Assembly: GCA_963708025.1 (NCBI GenBank)
Contig: CAVPSB010000014.1
Span: forward strand, 256,001-320,000
Direction of reading: 5' to 3'
Length of the DNA: 64,000 nt
Source of the DNA: an uncultured Candidatus Rokubacteria bacterium
Lineage (GTDB): Bacteria > Methylomirabilota > Methylomirabilia > Rokubacteriales > DASRDR01
Shown: positions 10,505 through 20,409 of the stretch, in pieces
Position numbering within the stretch: the stretch's first letter is position 1
Layout of the letters: each line of letters begins with the position of its first letter
Notes under the pieces: generated by a model
The model's input: the letters and a program-made list of their open reading frames with translations, nothing else
Told to the model about the DNA's origin: nothing
The model's database searches: none
Made by a program: the position numbers and the translations under genes

Positions 10505-11725
10505 TCACGATACACGCCCGGCCCGGCGCCGTCGCCAGAAGGCCGTGAGCCCGAGCACCACGGCCAGTCCGAGGCCACCGGCCGTCAGGCAGGCCGCGGG
10601 CACCCCGAAGGCCTCCGAGATGGAGCCGATCAGGAAGGCGCCGGCCGGGGTCACGCCGGCGAAGACCATGACGTAGATGCTCATCACCCGGCCGCGCAGC
10701 TCGCCGGGGACCCCGAGCTGGATCGTGGTGTTGCAGCTGGCCAGGAAGACGATCTGGGCGGCGCCGACGACGAAGAGCACGGCGGCGGCCGGCCCGAACT
10801 GGCGGATGGCGGCCAGCGAGAGGACGCCCGCCGTCACCACCACCGCCGAGGCGACGATGACGCCGAGCGGCACCCGATCGCGTCCCAGCAGGGCCAGCGC
10901 CAGCGCGCCGGTCATGGCGCCGGCGCCGAGCGCGGACATGAGGAGGCCGAAGCCGTGCACGCCCTCGCCGAGGACCTCGCGGGCCAGGAGCGGCACCAGC
11001 ACGTTGTGGTTCAGCGTGAAGAGGCTCACCGCCAGGACGAGGCTCAGGATCAGCGAGATCACCGGCGAGGCGATCACGTAGCGGAGGCCGTCGGCGATCT
11101 CCCCGCGGATGGTCGTGCCACGATCGACCCGGGCCGGCGCCTCCGCCCGCATGGCGAGCAGCGAGGCGATCACGGCCAGGAAGCTGGCGCCGTTGAGGAA
11201 GAAGGCGATCGCCACCCCGTAGCGGGCGATGAGGAGTCCCCCGATGGCGGGGCCCACGATCCGGGCGCCGTTGAACATGGCCGAGTTCAGGGCGACGGCG
11301 TTCACGAGGTCGGCGGGACCCACCAGCTCGGCGACCAGCGACTGGCGGGCCGGCATGTCGAGGGCGTTGACCACGCCGACGCAGGTGGCCAGCACGGCCA
11401 CGTGCCAGTACTGGATGACACGGGTCCAGACCAGGAACCCGAGCGTGAAGGCGACGCACATCAGCGCGAGCTGGGTCCCGACCACCAGGACCCGCTTGGG
11501 GAAGCGGTCGGTGACGGCGCCGGCCAGGAAGGAGAGGAACAGGACCGGCGTGAACTGCAGCGAACCGATGATGCCCAGCCGGAGCGGCGAATCGGTCAGC
11601 TCGAGGACCAGCCACGACTGCCCGACCGACTGCATCCAGGTCCCGACCAGCGAGACGAGCTGGCCGGTCCAGAACAGCCGGAAGTCGCGGTGCTCGAGCG
11701 CCCGCAGCGCCCGTGGGAACTGCAT
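10505..11725 (-). CDS. MFS transporter
   Basis: HRDFRLFWTGQLVSLVGTWMQ; about 12 hydrophobic segments; LRGRVMS. Confidence 0.9.
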   Translation of the reverse strand: MQFPRALRALEHRDFRLFWTGQLVSLVGTWMQSVGQSWLVLELTDSPLRLGIIGSLQFTPVLFLSFLAGAVTDRFPKRVLVVGTQLALMCVAFTLGFLVWTRVIQYWHVAVLATCVGVVNALDMPARQSLVAELVGPADLVNAVALNSAMFNGARIVGPAIGGLLIARYGVAIAFFLNGASFLAVIASLLAMRAEAPARVDRGTTIRGEIADGLRYVIASPVISLILSLVLAVSLFTLNHNVLVPLLAREVLGEGVHGFGLLMSALGAGAMTGALALALLGRDRVPLGVIVASAVVVTAGVLSLAAIRQFGPAAAVLFVVGAAQIVFLASCNTTIQLGVPGELRGRVMSIYVMVFAGVTPAGAFLIGSISEAFGVPAACLTAGGLGLAVVLGLTAFWRRRRAGRVS

Positions 11726-11775
11726 CTTCGTCAGCCCGCGACAACCCAGACAATCCTGTCACCTTCTAGCTCTCG

Positions 11776-12050
11776 GGGGCGGGGCCGAGGAGCGAGCAGC
11801 GCCCCCAGGCCGAAGGCCGTCCGAAGGACGCAGGGAGTCGCCGACCGCAGGCGTACTCCGAGTACGCCGAGGATCGGCGACGACCCCAGAGGCCGAAGGC
11901 CGTCCGAACGACGACCATAGGTCGGGACGGACGCCCGGAGCCCGGGACGTCCGCGAGGCGCGAGCCGAGCGCGTCCCGGGCGGGATGAACGACCGCAGGC
12001 CGAGCGCGTCCCGACCGAGATGACCGTTGCGACGCTCATCGGCCCCACCC
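11776..12050. mobile_element. MITE-like structured repeat, long copy with nested insert
   Basis: Terminal IRs ggggcggggccgaggagcg / cgctcatcggccccaccc; homologous to the reverse complement of 46381-46527. Confidence 0.7.
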
Positions 12051-12051
12051 G

Positions 12052-12843
12052 CTACACGAGGCCGGCGTAGGAGCCGCCATCTACTAGGACGTTTTCGCCG
12101 GTGATGAAGCGCGCTTGCTGCGAGCAGAGGAACGCCACCACCGCGCCGAAGTCCCGCGGGTCGCCAAGCGCCCGCATGGGGTTGCCGGCCTTGTGGGCGT
12201 CGATCGCCGCCTCGACGGTGATCCCTTCGGTCTTCGCCCGGTTCTCGGCGGTCTGACGGACCCGGTCGGTCGCGTGGCTGCCGGGCAGGACGGCGTTGAT
12301 CGTGACGCCCGTCGCGGCGATCTCGCGCGCCACCGTCTTCATGAAGCCGGTCAGGCCGGCCCGGGCGGTGTTCGAGAGGAGGATGTAGGGGATCGGCTGC
12401 TTGACGGAGACCGAGGTGATGTAGACGACACGGCCCCAGCCCCGGGCCTTCATCGCCGGCACCGCGCCGTAGGTGAGCCGGATCGAGCTGAGCATCGACA
12501 GCTCGAGGGCGGGGAGGAACTGCTCGAGCGTCGTGTTGGCGAAGGTGCCGGGCGGGGGACCGCCGGCGTTGCAAACCACGATGTCGGGGTCGCCGAGCCG
12601 CTGCCGGACGGCCTCCAGGAGACTGTCGATGTCGGCGGCCCGCGCCATGTCGGCGACGAGCGGCACCACCTCGTGACCGCTCCCCGCCGCGATCTCCTTC
12701 GCGGCGCGCTCGACGTCGGCCCGGGTCCGGGCGCAGATGGCCACCCGGCATCCCTCCGCCGAGAGCGCCTCCGCCGAGCCCCGGCCGAGCCCCTTGGAGG
12801 CGGCCGTCACGAGCGCGATCTTGCCGGCGATTCCGAAGTCCAT
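12052..12843 (-). CDS. SDR family oxidoreductase
   Basis: TAASKGLG, CNAGGPPPG, LSNTARAGL and FITGENVLVDGG; GGAGGAG SD. Confidence 0.9.
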   Translation of the reverse strand: MDFGIAGKIALVTAASKGLGRGSAEALSAEGCRVAICARTRADVERAAKEIAAGSGHEVVPLVADMARAADIDSLLEAVRQRLGDPDIVVCNAGGPPPGTFANTTLEQFLPALELSMLSSIRLTYGAVPAMKARGWGRVVYITSVSVKQPIPYILLSNTARAGLTGFMKTVAREIAATGVTINAVLPGSHATDRVRQTAENRAKTEGITVEAAIDAHKAGNPMRALGDPRDFGAVVAFLCSQQARFITGENVLVDGGSYAGLV

Positions 12844-12860
12844 GTCTCCTCCCGCGAGAG

Positions 12861-14705
12861 CTACGAGGGGATGCCGGGCGGCAGGCACAGCACCCGGGTG
12901 TCGGCCTGGCTGGCCGCGACCGCCCGGAACTTCTCCCAGAAGCCCCGGTCGATCGCCTGGATGGCGGGCGGCGTCTGGCTCTGCCGGAACCGGCGGGAGC
13001 GGGCGGGGCCGCCGTTGTAGGCGGCGTAGGTCGCCCGGGCCGCGTCCTCCATCCGCTCCCGGGCCTCGCGAATGCCGTAGCGGATGAGGTGGTGCATCAA
13101 GATCTCGGCTCCGGCGCCGGCGTTGTACGCCGCGTTCCAGCGGAGCTTTTCCGGGCTGAAGAAGCCGCGCCAGATCCGGGCGTTGATCTGCATGAGGCCC
13201 ACGTCTCCGGTAGTGGAGAAGAGGTAGGTGACGGTGTCCCCCTTGCGGACGAACTGGCGCCAGCAGCTCTCCTGCCAGGCGACGGTCTTGACGAGGTGGT
13301 AATAGAGGTCGTCGAACCGCTCGGGCAGACCATCGCCGTCGAGCGAGCGCTCGGCCGCCACGGCGAGCAGGCGCGCTACCGTCGCGCGGTAGGCCCGGAG
13401 CTGGTCGGTGGTCGGCACCCAGCGATCGAGGCGCCGCCCGAGCGCCGCCCACTCGTCGTCGGCGGCCTGCGCGTACGCCGCCCGGGGCCCGGGCCACCAC
13501 CAGCCGCTGCCCGCCGGCTTCCGGCGTGGCCGCCGGGGTGGCGCGTCGGGATCGCGGAACTGAAAGATCTGCCGCAGGGTGGCGTCGGGCAGCTCCGAGT
13601 ACTCGAGAGGATCCCCTGTGTAGGCCGGGGCGAGCAGGCGGGCCAGCCGCCGCAGGCCGTCGGCCGAGATCTCGATTCCCAGGGACGGGGCGGCCGCCTC
13701 GATGGCGGCCAGCGCGTCGCCCCCCGCCAGGAAGGTCGCGAACCGCAGCGCCTGGTTCTCGTCGCCGGTCTGGGCCATGCTGCGGCGGATGATCACGCGC
13801 AGCTGGCTCCAGACGTTCAGGAAGAGCTGGCGCACGGGATCCGTTCCCGTCTGGGGCCCGCGGCCGGCGACGGCCAGGAGCTCGTGACGGCTCGACAGCA
13901 GGAGGTCGAGGAGTTCGCTCCGCGCGGCCGGATCGGCGTTGAACACGCCGAGGTCCTTGATCACGAACACGACGAAGCCGTCCCACTGGTCCAGCGTGGT
14001 CTGCCATCGCTTGAGCTGGGCCGGGGTCAGCGCGGCCTCCGGCGCCCGGGTCACCGGCGGCGCAGCGGGCAGATCGAGCGCCATGGTGACCCTGACCGCG
14101 TCGGGCTCGACGGCGACGGCGACGGGGCGCAGGGTCTGGAGCGCGGCGCCCAGCGGGCCGCCGGGAGCCCCGCCCCCGACCGCGCCGAGGAAGGCCCGGA
14201 TCTCGTCCACCGGGTTGCCGAGGCTGAAGGTGAAGCTCGCCAGCTCCGCCTCCGCCCAGCCCTTCACGGATTCCCAGACGCGGGGGACGACCCCGCTCTG
14301 CTGGCGGTTGGCGTCGTAGAGCTGCGTGTCGAGATCCCGCAGGCGCACCTGCCAGTCGCGGCCGATCTCGGGCCGGGCCAGGATCTCCACCTGGCCGTCC
14401 CAGCCCACCTGGCCCCAGCAGTAGCCGAGCATGCCGAGGGCGGCCCGCACGGACCCCGGGCCGGCGATCAGGAGCCGACCGCCGGCCGGCGTCACGGTCG
14501 GCTGGCGCAGGCCGGCCGTGCGGCAGCCATCGGCCGAGCGCCACAGCACCAGCTCCCCGCCGGTCTCCCGCAGGTGCTTCCGCAGGGCGGCGCGGAGCAG
14601 GTCGTACTCGATCGTCAGCGGGAAGGTGACCTCGACGGCGGCCGCCGGCGCGGCCAGGAGGAGGCCGGCAAGGGCGGCGACGAGGCTCAGTCGGCTGCCG
14701 CGCAT
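12861..14705 (-). CDS. Secreted protein with C-terminal lytic transglycosylase (SLT) domain
   Basis: Signal peptide; AWQES, GLMQIN and AYNGG SLT motifs. Confidence 0.75.
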   Translation of the reverse strand: MRGSRLSLVAALAGLLLAAPAAAVEVTFPLTIEYDLLRAALRKHLRETGGELVLWRSADGCRTAGLRQPTVTPAGGRLLIAGPGSVRAALGMLGYCWGQVGWDGQVEILARPEIGRDWQVRLRDLDTQLYDANRQQSGVVPRVWESVKGWAEAELASFTFSLGNPVDEIRAFLGAVGGGAPGGPLGAALQTLRPVAVAVEPDAVRVTMALDLPAAPPVTRAPEAALTPAQLKRWQTTLDQWDGFVVFVIKDLGVFNADPAARSELLDLLLSSRHELLAVAGRGPQTGTDPVRQLFLNVWSQLRVIIRRSMAQTGDENQALRFATFLAGGDALAAIEAAAPSLGIEISADGLRRLARLLAPAYTGDPLEYSELPDATLRQIFQFRDPDAPPRRPRRKPAGSGWWWPGPRAAYAQAADDEWAALGRRLDRWVPTTDQLRAYRATVARLLAVAAERSLDGDGLPERFDDLYYHLVKTVAWQESCWRQFVRKGDTVTYLFSTTGDVGLMQINARIWRGFFSPEKLRWNAAYNAGAGAEILMHHLIRYGIREARERMEDAARATYAAYNGGPARSRRFRQSQTPPAIQAIDRGFWEKFRAVAASQADTRVLCLPPGIPS

Positions 14706-14706
14706 C

Positions 14707-15249
14707 CTAGCTCCCGGCCCGGACGACGGCCAGCAGCGACTCGACCGACGGCCGGTCGGCGGGGCCGCTCCCGACGTGGTGCACCCGCACGATGCCGTCC
14801 GGGTCGATCAGCACGTCCCCGCCGAGCTGGCTCACGTCGCCGGTGGCGCGCCGGAGCGCCCCGCCGCGCGCCAGGCTCCGCGCGTAGGCCAGCCAGGTCG
14901 CGGGGCCCCAGATGTCCCAGGCGCGCCCCCGGAGCATCCCGTAGGCGGCGTAGAGGACGCGGGACTCGTCCACGACGAGCGGCCAGGCGAGCCGGGTGTC
15001 CTCGACGTAGGCCCGGGCGAGGAACCCCGCCTCGAAGGTCACGACCAGCACCGCGACCGCGAGGCCCTCCAGCACCGCCTCGTGCTGCCGCAACTGCGAC
15101 AGGTGCTCGCGGCACGGCAGTCACCCGAGGTGGCGGTGGAACACGAGGAGCAGCCAGCGCCCCCGGTACCGGTCGAGCGTGTGAGTGTCCCCCCGCGTGT
15201 CGTCGAGCTGGAACTCGACCGCCCGGGTGCCGGTCCGGTCTTTCACCAC
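14707..15249 (-). CDS. AhpC/TSA-like (SelU/SelL-related) redox protein; candidate selenoprotein with in-frame TGA at 15123-15121
   Basis: Continuous frame (M)VKDRTGTRAVEFQLDDTRGDTHTLDRYRGRWLLLVFHRHLG-TGA-LPCREH joins ORF 14707-15093 (QLGGDVLIDPDG, PADRP); the TGA occupies the first Cys position of CxxC. Confidence 0.85.
15085..15120 (-). promoter_or_regulatory. Candidate bacterial SECIS hairpin
   Basis: Directly after the UGA: CUGCCG UGCCGC GAGCAC CUGUCGCAG UU GCGGCAG, with stem UGCCGC/GCGGCA and a GU-containing apex about 20 nt from the UGA. Confidence 0.55.
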
Positions 15250-15320
15250 GCTGCAATTGTACCCCGCGCGGGGACCGATTAGACTCGGGGGGAACGTCCA
15301 TCCGGTCGAAGGGGGTCAGG

Positions 15321-16753
15321 ATGCTCAACAGGAACTACATCGACGGCGAGTGGGTCGAGGGCCCGGACACGAACCGCGACGTCAACCCGTCGAACCTCGA
15401 CGACGTGGTCGGCGAGTACGCCCGCGCCGACGCCGCCCAGGCTCGGGCGGCGATCGCGGCCGCCCGGGCGGCGTTCCCGGGCTGGGCGCGCGGCAACATC
15501 CAGGAGCGGGCCGACCTCCTGGACCGCGTCGGCGACGAGATCCTCCGGCGCCGGGATGAGCTGGGTCGGTTGCTCGCCCGCGAGGAGGGGAAGATCCTCG
15601 CGGACGGGATCGGCGAGGCGGGCCGGGCGGGCTACATCTTCAAGTTCTTCGCGGGCGAGGTCGTGCGCCAGGCCGGCGAGCGGCTGCCGTCGGTGCGCCC
15701 CGGCGTCGACGTCGAGATCACCCGGGAGCCTTTGGGCGTCGTCGGTCTCATCACCCCGTGGAACTTTCCGCTCGCCATCCCGGCCTGGAAGATCGCGCCG
15801 GCCCTGGCCTACGGCAACACGGTGGTCTTCAAGCCGGCCGACCTGGTGCCCGGCAGCGCGTGGGCGCTGACGGACATCCTGGCCCGGGCCGGCGTGCCCA
15901 AGGGCGTCTTCAACCTGGTGATGGGCCGGGGGTCGGCGATCGGCGAGACGATCATCGCGTCGCCCGACGTCGAGGGCATCAGCTTCACCGGCTCGGTGGA
16001 GACCGGGCGGCAGATCGCGCGCAAGGCGGTCGAGCGGCTGGCCCGGGTCCAGCTCGAGATGGGGGGAAGAACCCGCTGGTGGTCCTCGACGACGCGGACC
16101 TCGGCGTGGCGGTGAGCTGCGCGATCAACGGCGCCTTCTTCCAGACCGGGCAGCGCTGCACGGCCTCCAGCCGGCTCATCGTCACCCGCGCGATCCACGA
16201 CCGGTTCGTCGCGGCCATGATCGAGCGCATGAAGGCGCTGAAGGTCGACGACGCCCTCAAGCCGGGGACCGAGATCGGCCCGGTGGTCGACCAGAGCCAG
16301 CTCGACCAGGACCTCCGCTACCTGGAGGTGGGCCAGCAGGAGGGGGCGCGGCTCGCCTGGGGCGGCGAGCGGCTCAAGCGCGAGCGCGAGGGCTACTACC
16401 TGTCCCCGGCCCTCTTCACCGAGACGACCAACGCGATGCGCATCAACCGGGAGGAGATCTTCGGGCCGGTGGCCACCGTGATCCCGGCCAAGGACTACGA
16501 CGAGGCGCTGGCGCTGGCCAACGACACGCCGTTCGGGCTGTCGGCCGGGATCGTGACCGCCTCCCTCAAGCACGCGAGCCACTTCAAGCGGAACGCCCAG
16601 GCAGGCATGGTCATGGTCAACCTGCCCACCGCGGGGGTCGACTACCACGTGCCGTTCGGCGGCCGGAAGGGCTCCAACTACGGCCCGCGCGAGCAGGGCC
16701 GGTACGCGCGGGAGTTCTACACGGTCGTCAAGACGAGCTACGTGGCGCCGTAG
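15321..16753 (+). CDS. Aldehyde dehydrogenase, alpha-ketoglutarate semialdehyde dehydrogenase-like (frameshift at G-run near 16062)
   Basis: ITPWNFP, FTGS, QLEMGG|KNP, GQRCTA, EEIFGP. Confidence 0.92.
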
Positions 16754-16762
16754 GAGAACCGC

Positions 16763-17845
16763 ATGCAGCCGGCCTCCGGGCGGGGAGGACGCGCGGCGCT
16801 GGCGGCGCTCGGCCTCCTGGCGATCCCCATGGCAGTGTCGGCCGGCGTCATCCTGCCGGCCGGCTTCGCCGAGCGGGTGTACGTCAGCGGCCAGGGGTTC
16901 GACCGGGGCTCGGAGCCGGGCTCGAGCGGCGTCCCCGTCGCGACGACGCTCGGCGTCGACGCCACCGGCCACCTCTACCTCGCCAAGAGCGGCAGCCGCT
17001 ACGGCGCCGGCCAGCCCGAGGAGTTCCTCTCGCGGGTCTACCGGATCCCGCCGGGCGGGGTCCGCCTGACGCCGGCGGCAGAGCTGCGCTACTTCCACGG
17101 CCCGCCGCTCCGGAACCCGGAGGTGGGGGCCGTGAGCGCCCGCGGGACACTCTTCCTCACCACCTACGACCCGGACCGCGAGATCGGCGTCGTCTATCGC
17201 GTGCGCGACGGTCAGCCGGCGCTCTTCGCCGGTGGCACCCCGCCGCCCGGGCAGCCCCCCCTCCTCAAGCAGCCGGAAGGGATCGCCGTCGATCCGGCCG
17301 GCCACGTCTACGTCGCCGACCGCGGGCGGGACCGCGTCGTGAAGCTGGACCCGTCGGGCAAGGTCCTGGACGGTCACTACCTGGGGCTCACGGTGCCGCG
17401 GGCCCGGATGCTGGCCCTGGACCCGGCGGGATCGCTGTGGATCGCCGGCGATGGCGCCGCCGCCGCGCCGTGGCAGGACGGCGTCGGCCACATCTGGCGC
17501 GTCGGTCCCGAGGGGGCGGCGCGGATGGTGCTGGAGGGGCCGCACGCGGCGGCGATCGCGGCCGGGCCCGGCGGCGCCCTCTTCGTCGCCGACCGCACCG
17601 CCGCCCGGCTCTACGCCGTCACCCCCGAGGGGCGGCGGATCGACTTCGCCGCCTTCACCGGGGGGGTCCAGCCACGGAGCCTGGCCTTCGCTCCGGTCAC
17701 CCCCGAGACGGTGCAGGCCGGCATCGCCGGCGACCTGTTCGTGGTGACCTTCGTCCTCCGGACGTGGTACCTCAACGAGGTGCTGCGCATCTCGGGCCCG
17801 TTCGCCGACTTCGTCCGCCGGGAGGACCGTCCCGCCTCCCCCTGA
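16763..17845 (+). CDS. Secreted NHL/beta-propeller repeat protein
   Basis: Signal peptide; LKQPEGIAVDPAGHVYVADRGRDRVVKLD repeat unit. Confidence 0.7.
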   Translation: MQPASGRGGRAALAALGLLAIPMAVSAGVILPAGFAERVYVSGQGFDRGSEPGSSGVPVATTLGVDATGHLYLAKSGSRYGAGQPEEFLSRVYRIPPGGVRLTPAAELRYFHGPPLRNPEVGAVSARGTLFLTTYDPDREIGVVYRVRDGQPALFAGGTPPPGQPPLLKQPEGIAVDPAGHVYVADRGRDRVVKLDPSGKVLDGHYLGLTVPRARMLALDPAGSLWIAGDGAAAAPWQDGVGHIWRVGPEGAARMVLEGPHAAAIAAGPGGALFVADRTAARLYAVTPEGRRIDFAAFTGGVQPRSLAFAPVTPETVQAGIAGDLFVVTFVLRTWYLNEVLRISGPFADFVRREDRPASP

Positions 17846-17932
17846 GCCTCGGTTCCCCCCGGCGCGCCGGCGGCGCCGTGAGGCTTCCCTCTTTGGCGGT
17901 CCCCGAGGACCTGCGTGCTAAGATCGGCGCCT

Positions 17933-19290
17933 ATGTCAACGATGGACGACGCCGCCCGCGTCCCACGACGCATCAAGATCGAGTTCGTCAATCACGCCTG
18001 CGTCGTCTTCCAGTGCGGATCGTCGCGGATCCTGTGCGACCCGTGGCTGGAGGGCAGTGTCTTCAACGACGGCTGGGATCTGATGGTCGAAACCGGGCGG
18101 TCGCTCGCCGACATGGAGTTCGACTACGTCTGGCTCTCGCACGAGCATCCCGATCACTTCTCGCCGCAGGCGCTCGGCGCCATTCCCCGGGATAGACGAT
18201 CACGCGTGACCGTCCTGATCCAGCAGACGCTGGACCGGAAGGTCGCGAGCTTCTGCCAGCGCCTCGGGTTCCCGGTCGAGGAGCTGCGCGACCACGAAGC
18301 CTACCGGCTGAGCGAGGACGTGCGGGTCACCTGCGCCAGGGTCCGCGGCTTCGATTCGTGGCTTCTGGTCGAGGCGTTCGGCCAGCAGGTCCTGAACCTC
18401 AACGACGGCAAGCCGGATCACCGGGAGCTGGCGTCCATCCGGGCCGCCTGCGGCGACCTCGACGTCCTGATGACGCAGTTCGCCTATGCGAGCTGGGTGG
18501 GCAACGAGCCCGAGCTCCAGCGGGTGGCGGCCGAGCGGCATCTCGGATACGTCGACGAGCAGATGGAGGCCCTCGAGCCCGACTACGTCATCCCGTTCGC
18601 GAGCTTTGCCTGGTTCTCGCATCGGGAGAGCTACCATCTGAACGAGTGCAACAGCCGGGTGGACGAAGCCGCCCGGCGGGTCGCCGCCCGGGGGGCGCGA
18701 GCCGGTCGTGATGTTCGTCGGTGACGAGTGGTACGTCGGTGACCCCCGGGACAATCAGCCGGCGCTGGACCGGTGGGAGCAGGTCTACCGGTCCCTGCCC
18801 GAGCGACCCCGGCGAACGAGCCCGACGGCCAGCCTGGAGGAGATCCTGGACGAGTTCGAGAGCTACGTGGCGCGGATCAGAGCGAAGAACGACTGGGCGG
18901 AGATTCTCCGCATCAAGGAGCAGGGATATCTGCCGCCCGCACTCGATCTATCTCTGGGACCACGCCCGGTCCCTGGTGTTCGACCTCGTCGAAGGCCTCC
19001 ACGAGTCGGACGTGCCCGAGGAGACGTGCGACGTCGCGATGCATTCGCAGTCGCTGTTGTACCTGCTGAGATTCGAATGGGGTCGCGGCTCGCTCATGAT
19101 CGGTGGACGCGTCCGGGTCAACTACGAGTCCGCGTGGCGGTTTCTCCGACAGACGCAGATCGCCTACGCGAACAACATCGGTCAGCACGTCCCGGCGGAG
19201 CTGACGCTGCAGAGGTTGATCAAGCCACCGTCGGTGATGGGAGAGCTGATCGAGTACCGGAACCGGGTTCGGCGGGGGCCCGGCCGCTAG
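17933..19290 (+). CDS. MBL-fold metallo-hydrolase, UlaG/CMP-NeuAc-hydroxylase-like (frameshifts near 18700 and 18940)
   Basis: NHAC, CDPWLEG, SHEHPDH, NLND and IPFASF; continues through ORFs 18708 and 18721. Confidence 0.7.
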
Positions 19291-19293
19291 GGG

Positions 19294-20406
19294 TCAGGGC
19301 AGGATCAGCTCGCCGGCCTCGATCACCGGACGGCCGTTGGCTCGCACGGTGGCGTCGGTCAGGAAGATCCAGTGGTGATAGCTCGAGCGGTTCCGCCCGC
19401 CGGACTCCGCGTTGTCCCCCAGGCTCAGCCGGATGATGCCGGCCCCGTAGCCGTAGTAGGGGATGTAGTTGACGCCGGGCAGCATCCGGAGCCTCGGGCT
19501 CACCCCCACGTTGAACTCGCCGATCCGGTCCTTGTCGCCGGTCTCGGCGCCCCATACCGCCCGCACCCACGCCGCGTGGTGCTCGCTCTCGATCCCCACG
19601 ATCCGGTCGCCGCGGAACTCGATGCGCAGGCGCCCGACCCGGCGGCCGGCGAACGTCTCGGGCGGCGTGACCAGGACGCCCTCGGCCACCGCGATGTCCA
19701 CGGTGCGGATGGCCCCACAGGGCAGCTCCACCTCGCGGTCGCGGGCGCTGCCGGGTCGCGCGTAGCCGTCGATGAAGGCCTTGGAGGCGTCGCCGTTGCC
19801 CACGTGGAAATGCGCCCGGGGGAGCTGGAAGGAGAGGCGGGTGCCGCGCGGGTCGGTGATCTCGACCGTGCTGTCCCGGAGCGCCGCGATGAGGCGCCGC
19901 TGGTGCGCGGTCAGCGCCACGGTGTCCACGTAGAGGGCCTCGTCGTAGTACTGCGAGAGCGTGCGGAACAGGCCGGCCTCCATGCCGGTCTCCATGATCC
20001 AGTGGAAGTGGATCGCCCGCCCCCGCCAGGTCTCCAGGATCTTCTCGGTCTGACCCAGGTTGTAGGCCCAGCTCGTCGGGAGCCAGACGTAGATGTCGGC
20101 CAGGTCGAAGACGGCCGCCATCGCCCGGTCCTCCAGCGCCCGGGTCTCCGGCTCCTCGCGCCGGCGCAGCTCCCGCCGGACGCGCTCGAGCCCCGGGGGG
20201 TGGAGCGCGTGGGTGGCCAGCTCGACGGCCCCCGCCCGGTTGACCTCGATCCGCACGGCCTCGGTCAGCGCCGGGAAGTAGGTCGGGTCGGCGTGGAGCA
20301 GGACCCGCTCGCCCGGCTGCGTCTGCAGCGCCTCGCGGACGATGAGCCGCGCCATCCGCGTCCAGTCGGTCTGCCAAACGGTCTGGAGATCATAGGGCCC
20401 GGGCAT
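19294..20406 (-). CDS. M29 (aminopeptidase T / NicX-like) fold protein, divergent
   Basis: QPGERVLL, ITDPRGTRLSF, IGEFNVG, SLGDN-x3-GG-x-NRS-x2-H. Confidence 0.7.
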   Translation of the reverse strand: MPGPYDLQTVWQTDWTRMARLIVREALQTQPGERVLLHADPTYFPALTEAVRIEVNRAGAVELATHALHPPGLERVRRELRRREEPETRALEDRAMAAVFDLADIYVWLPTSWAYNLGQTEKILETWRGRAIHFHWIMETGMEAGLFRTLSQYYDEALYVDTVALTAHQRRLIAALRDSTVEITDPRGTRLSFQLPRAHFHVGNGDASKAFIDGYARPGSARDREVELPCGAIRTVDIAVAEGVLVTPPETFAGRRVGRLRIEFRGDRIVGIESEHHAAWVRAVWGAETGDKDRIGEFNVGVSPRLRMLPGVNYIPYYGYGAGIIRLSLGDNAESGGRNRSSYHHWIFLTDATVRANGRPVIEAGELILP

Positions 20407-20409
20407 GCG

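Noticed and set aside
16055-16075. Programmed frameshift or phase variation at the G-run in the aldehyde dehydrogenase gene
   Set aside because: The homopolymer is short and the assembly has many scattered indels, so a sequencing error is more parsimonious.
13089-16115. 1008-aa plus-strand ORF, and similar long Arg/Gly/Pro-rich ORFs such as 60158-63115
   Set aside because: Antisense shadows of real genes; only the part from 15321 is coding (aldehyde dehydrogenase).
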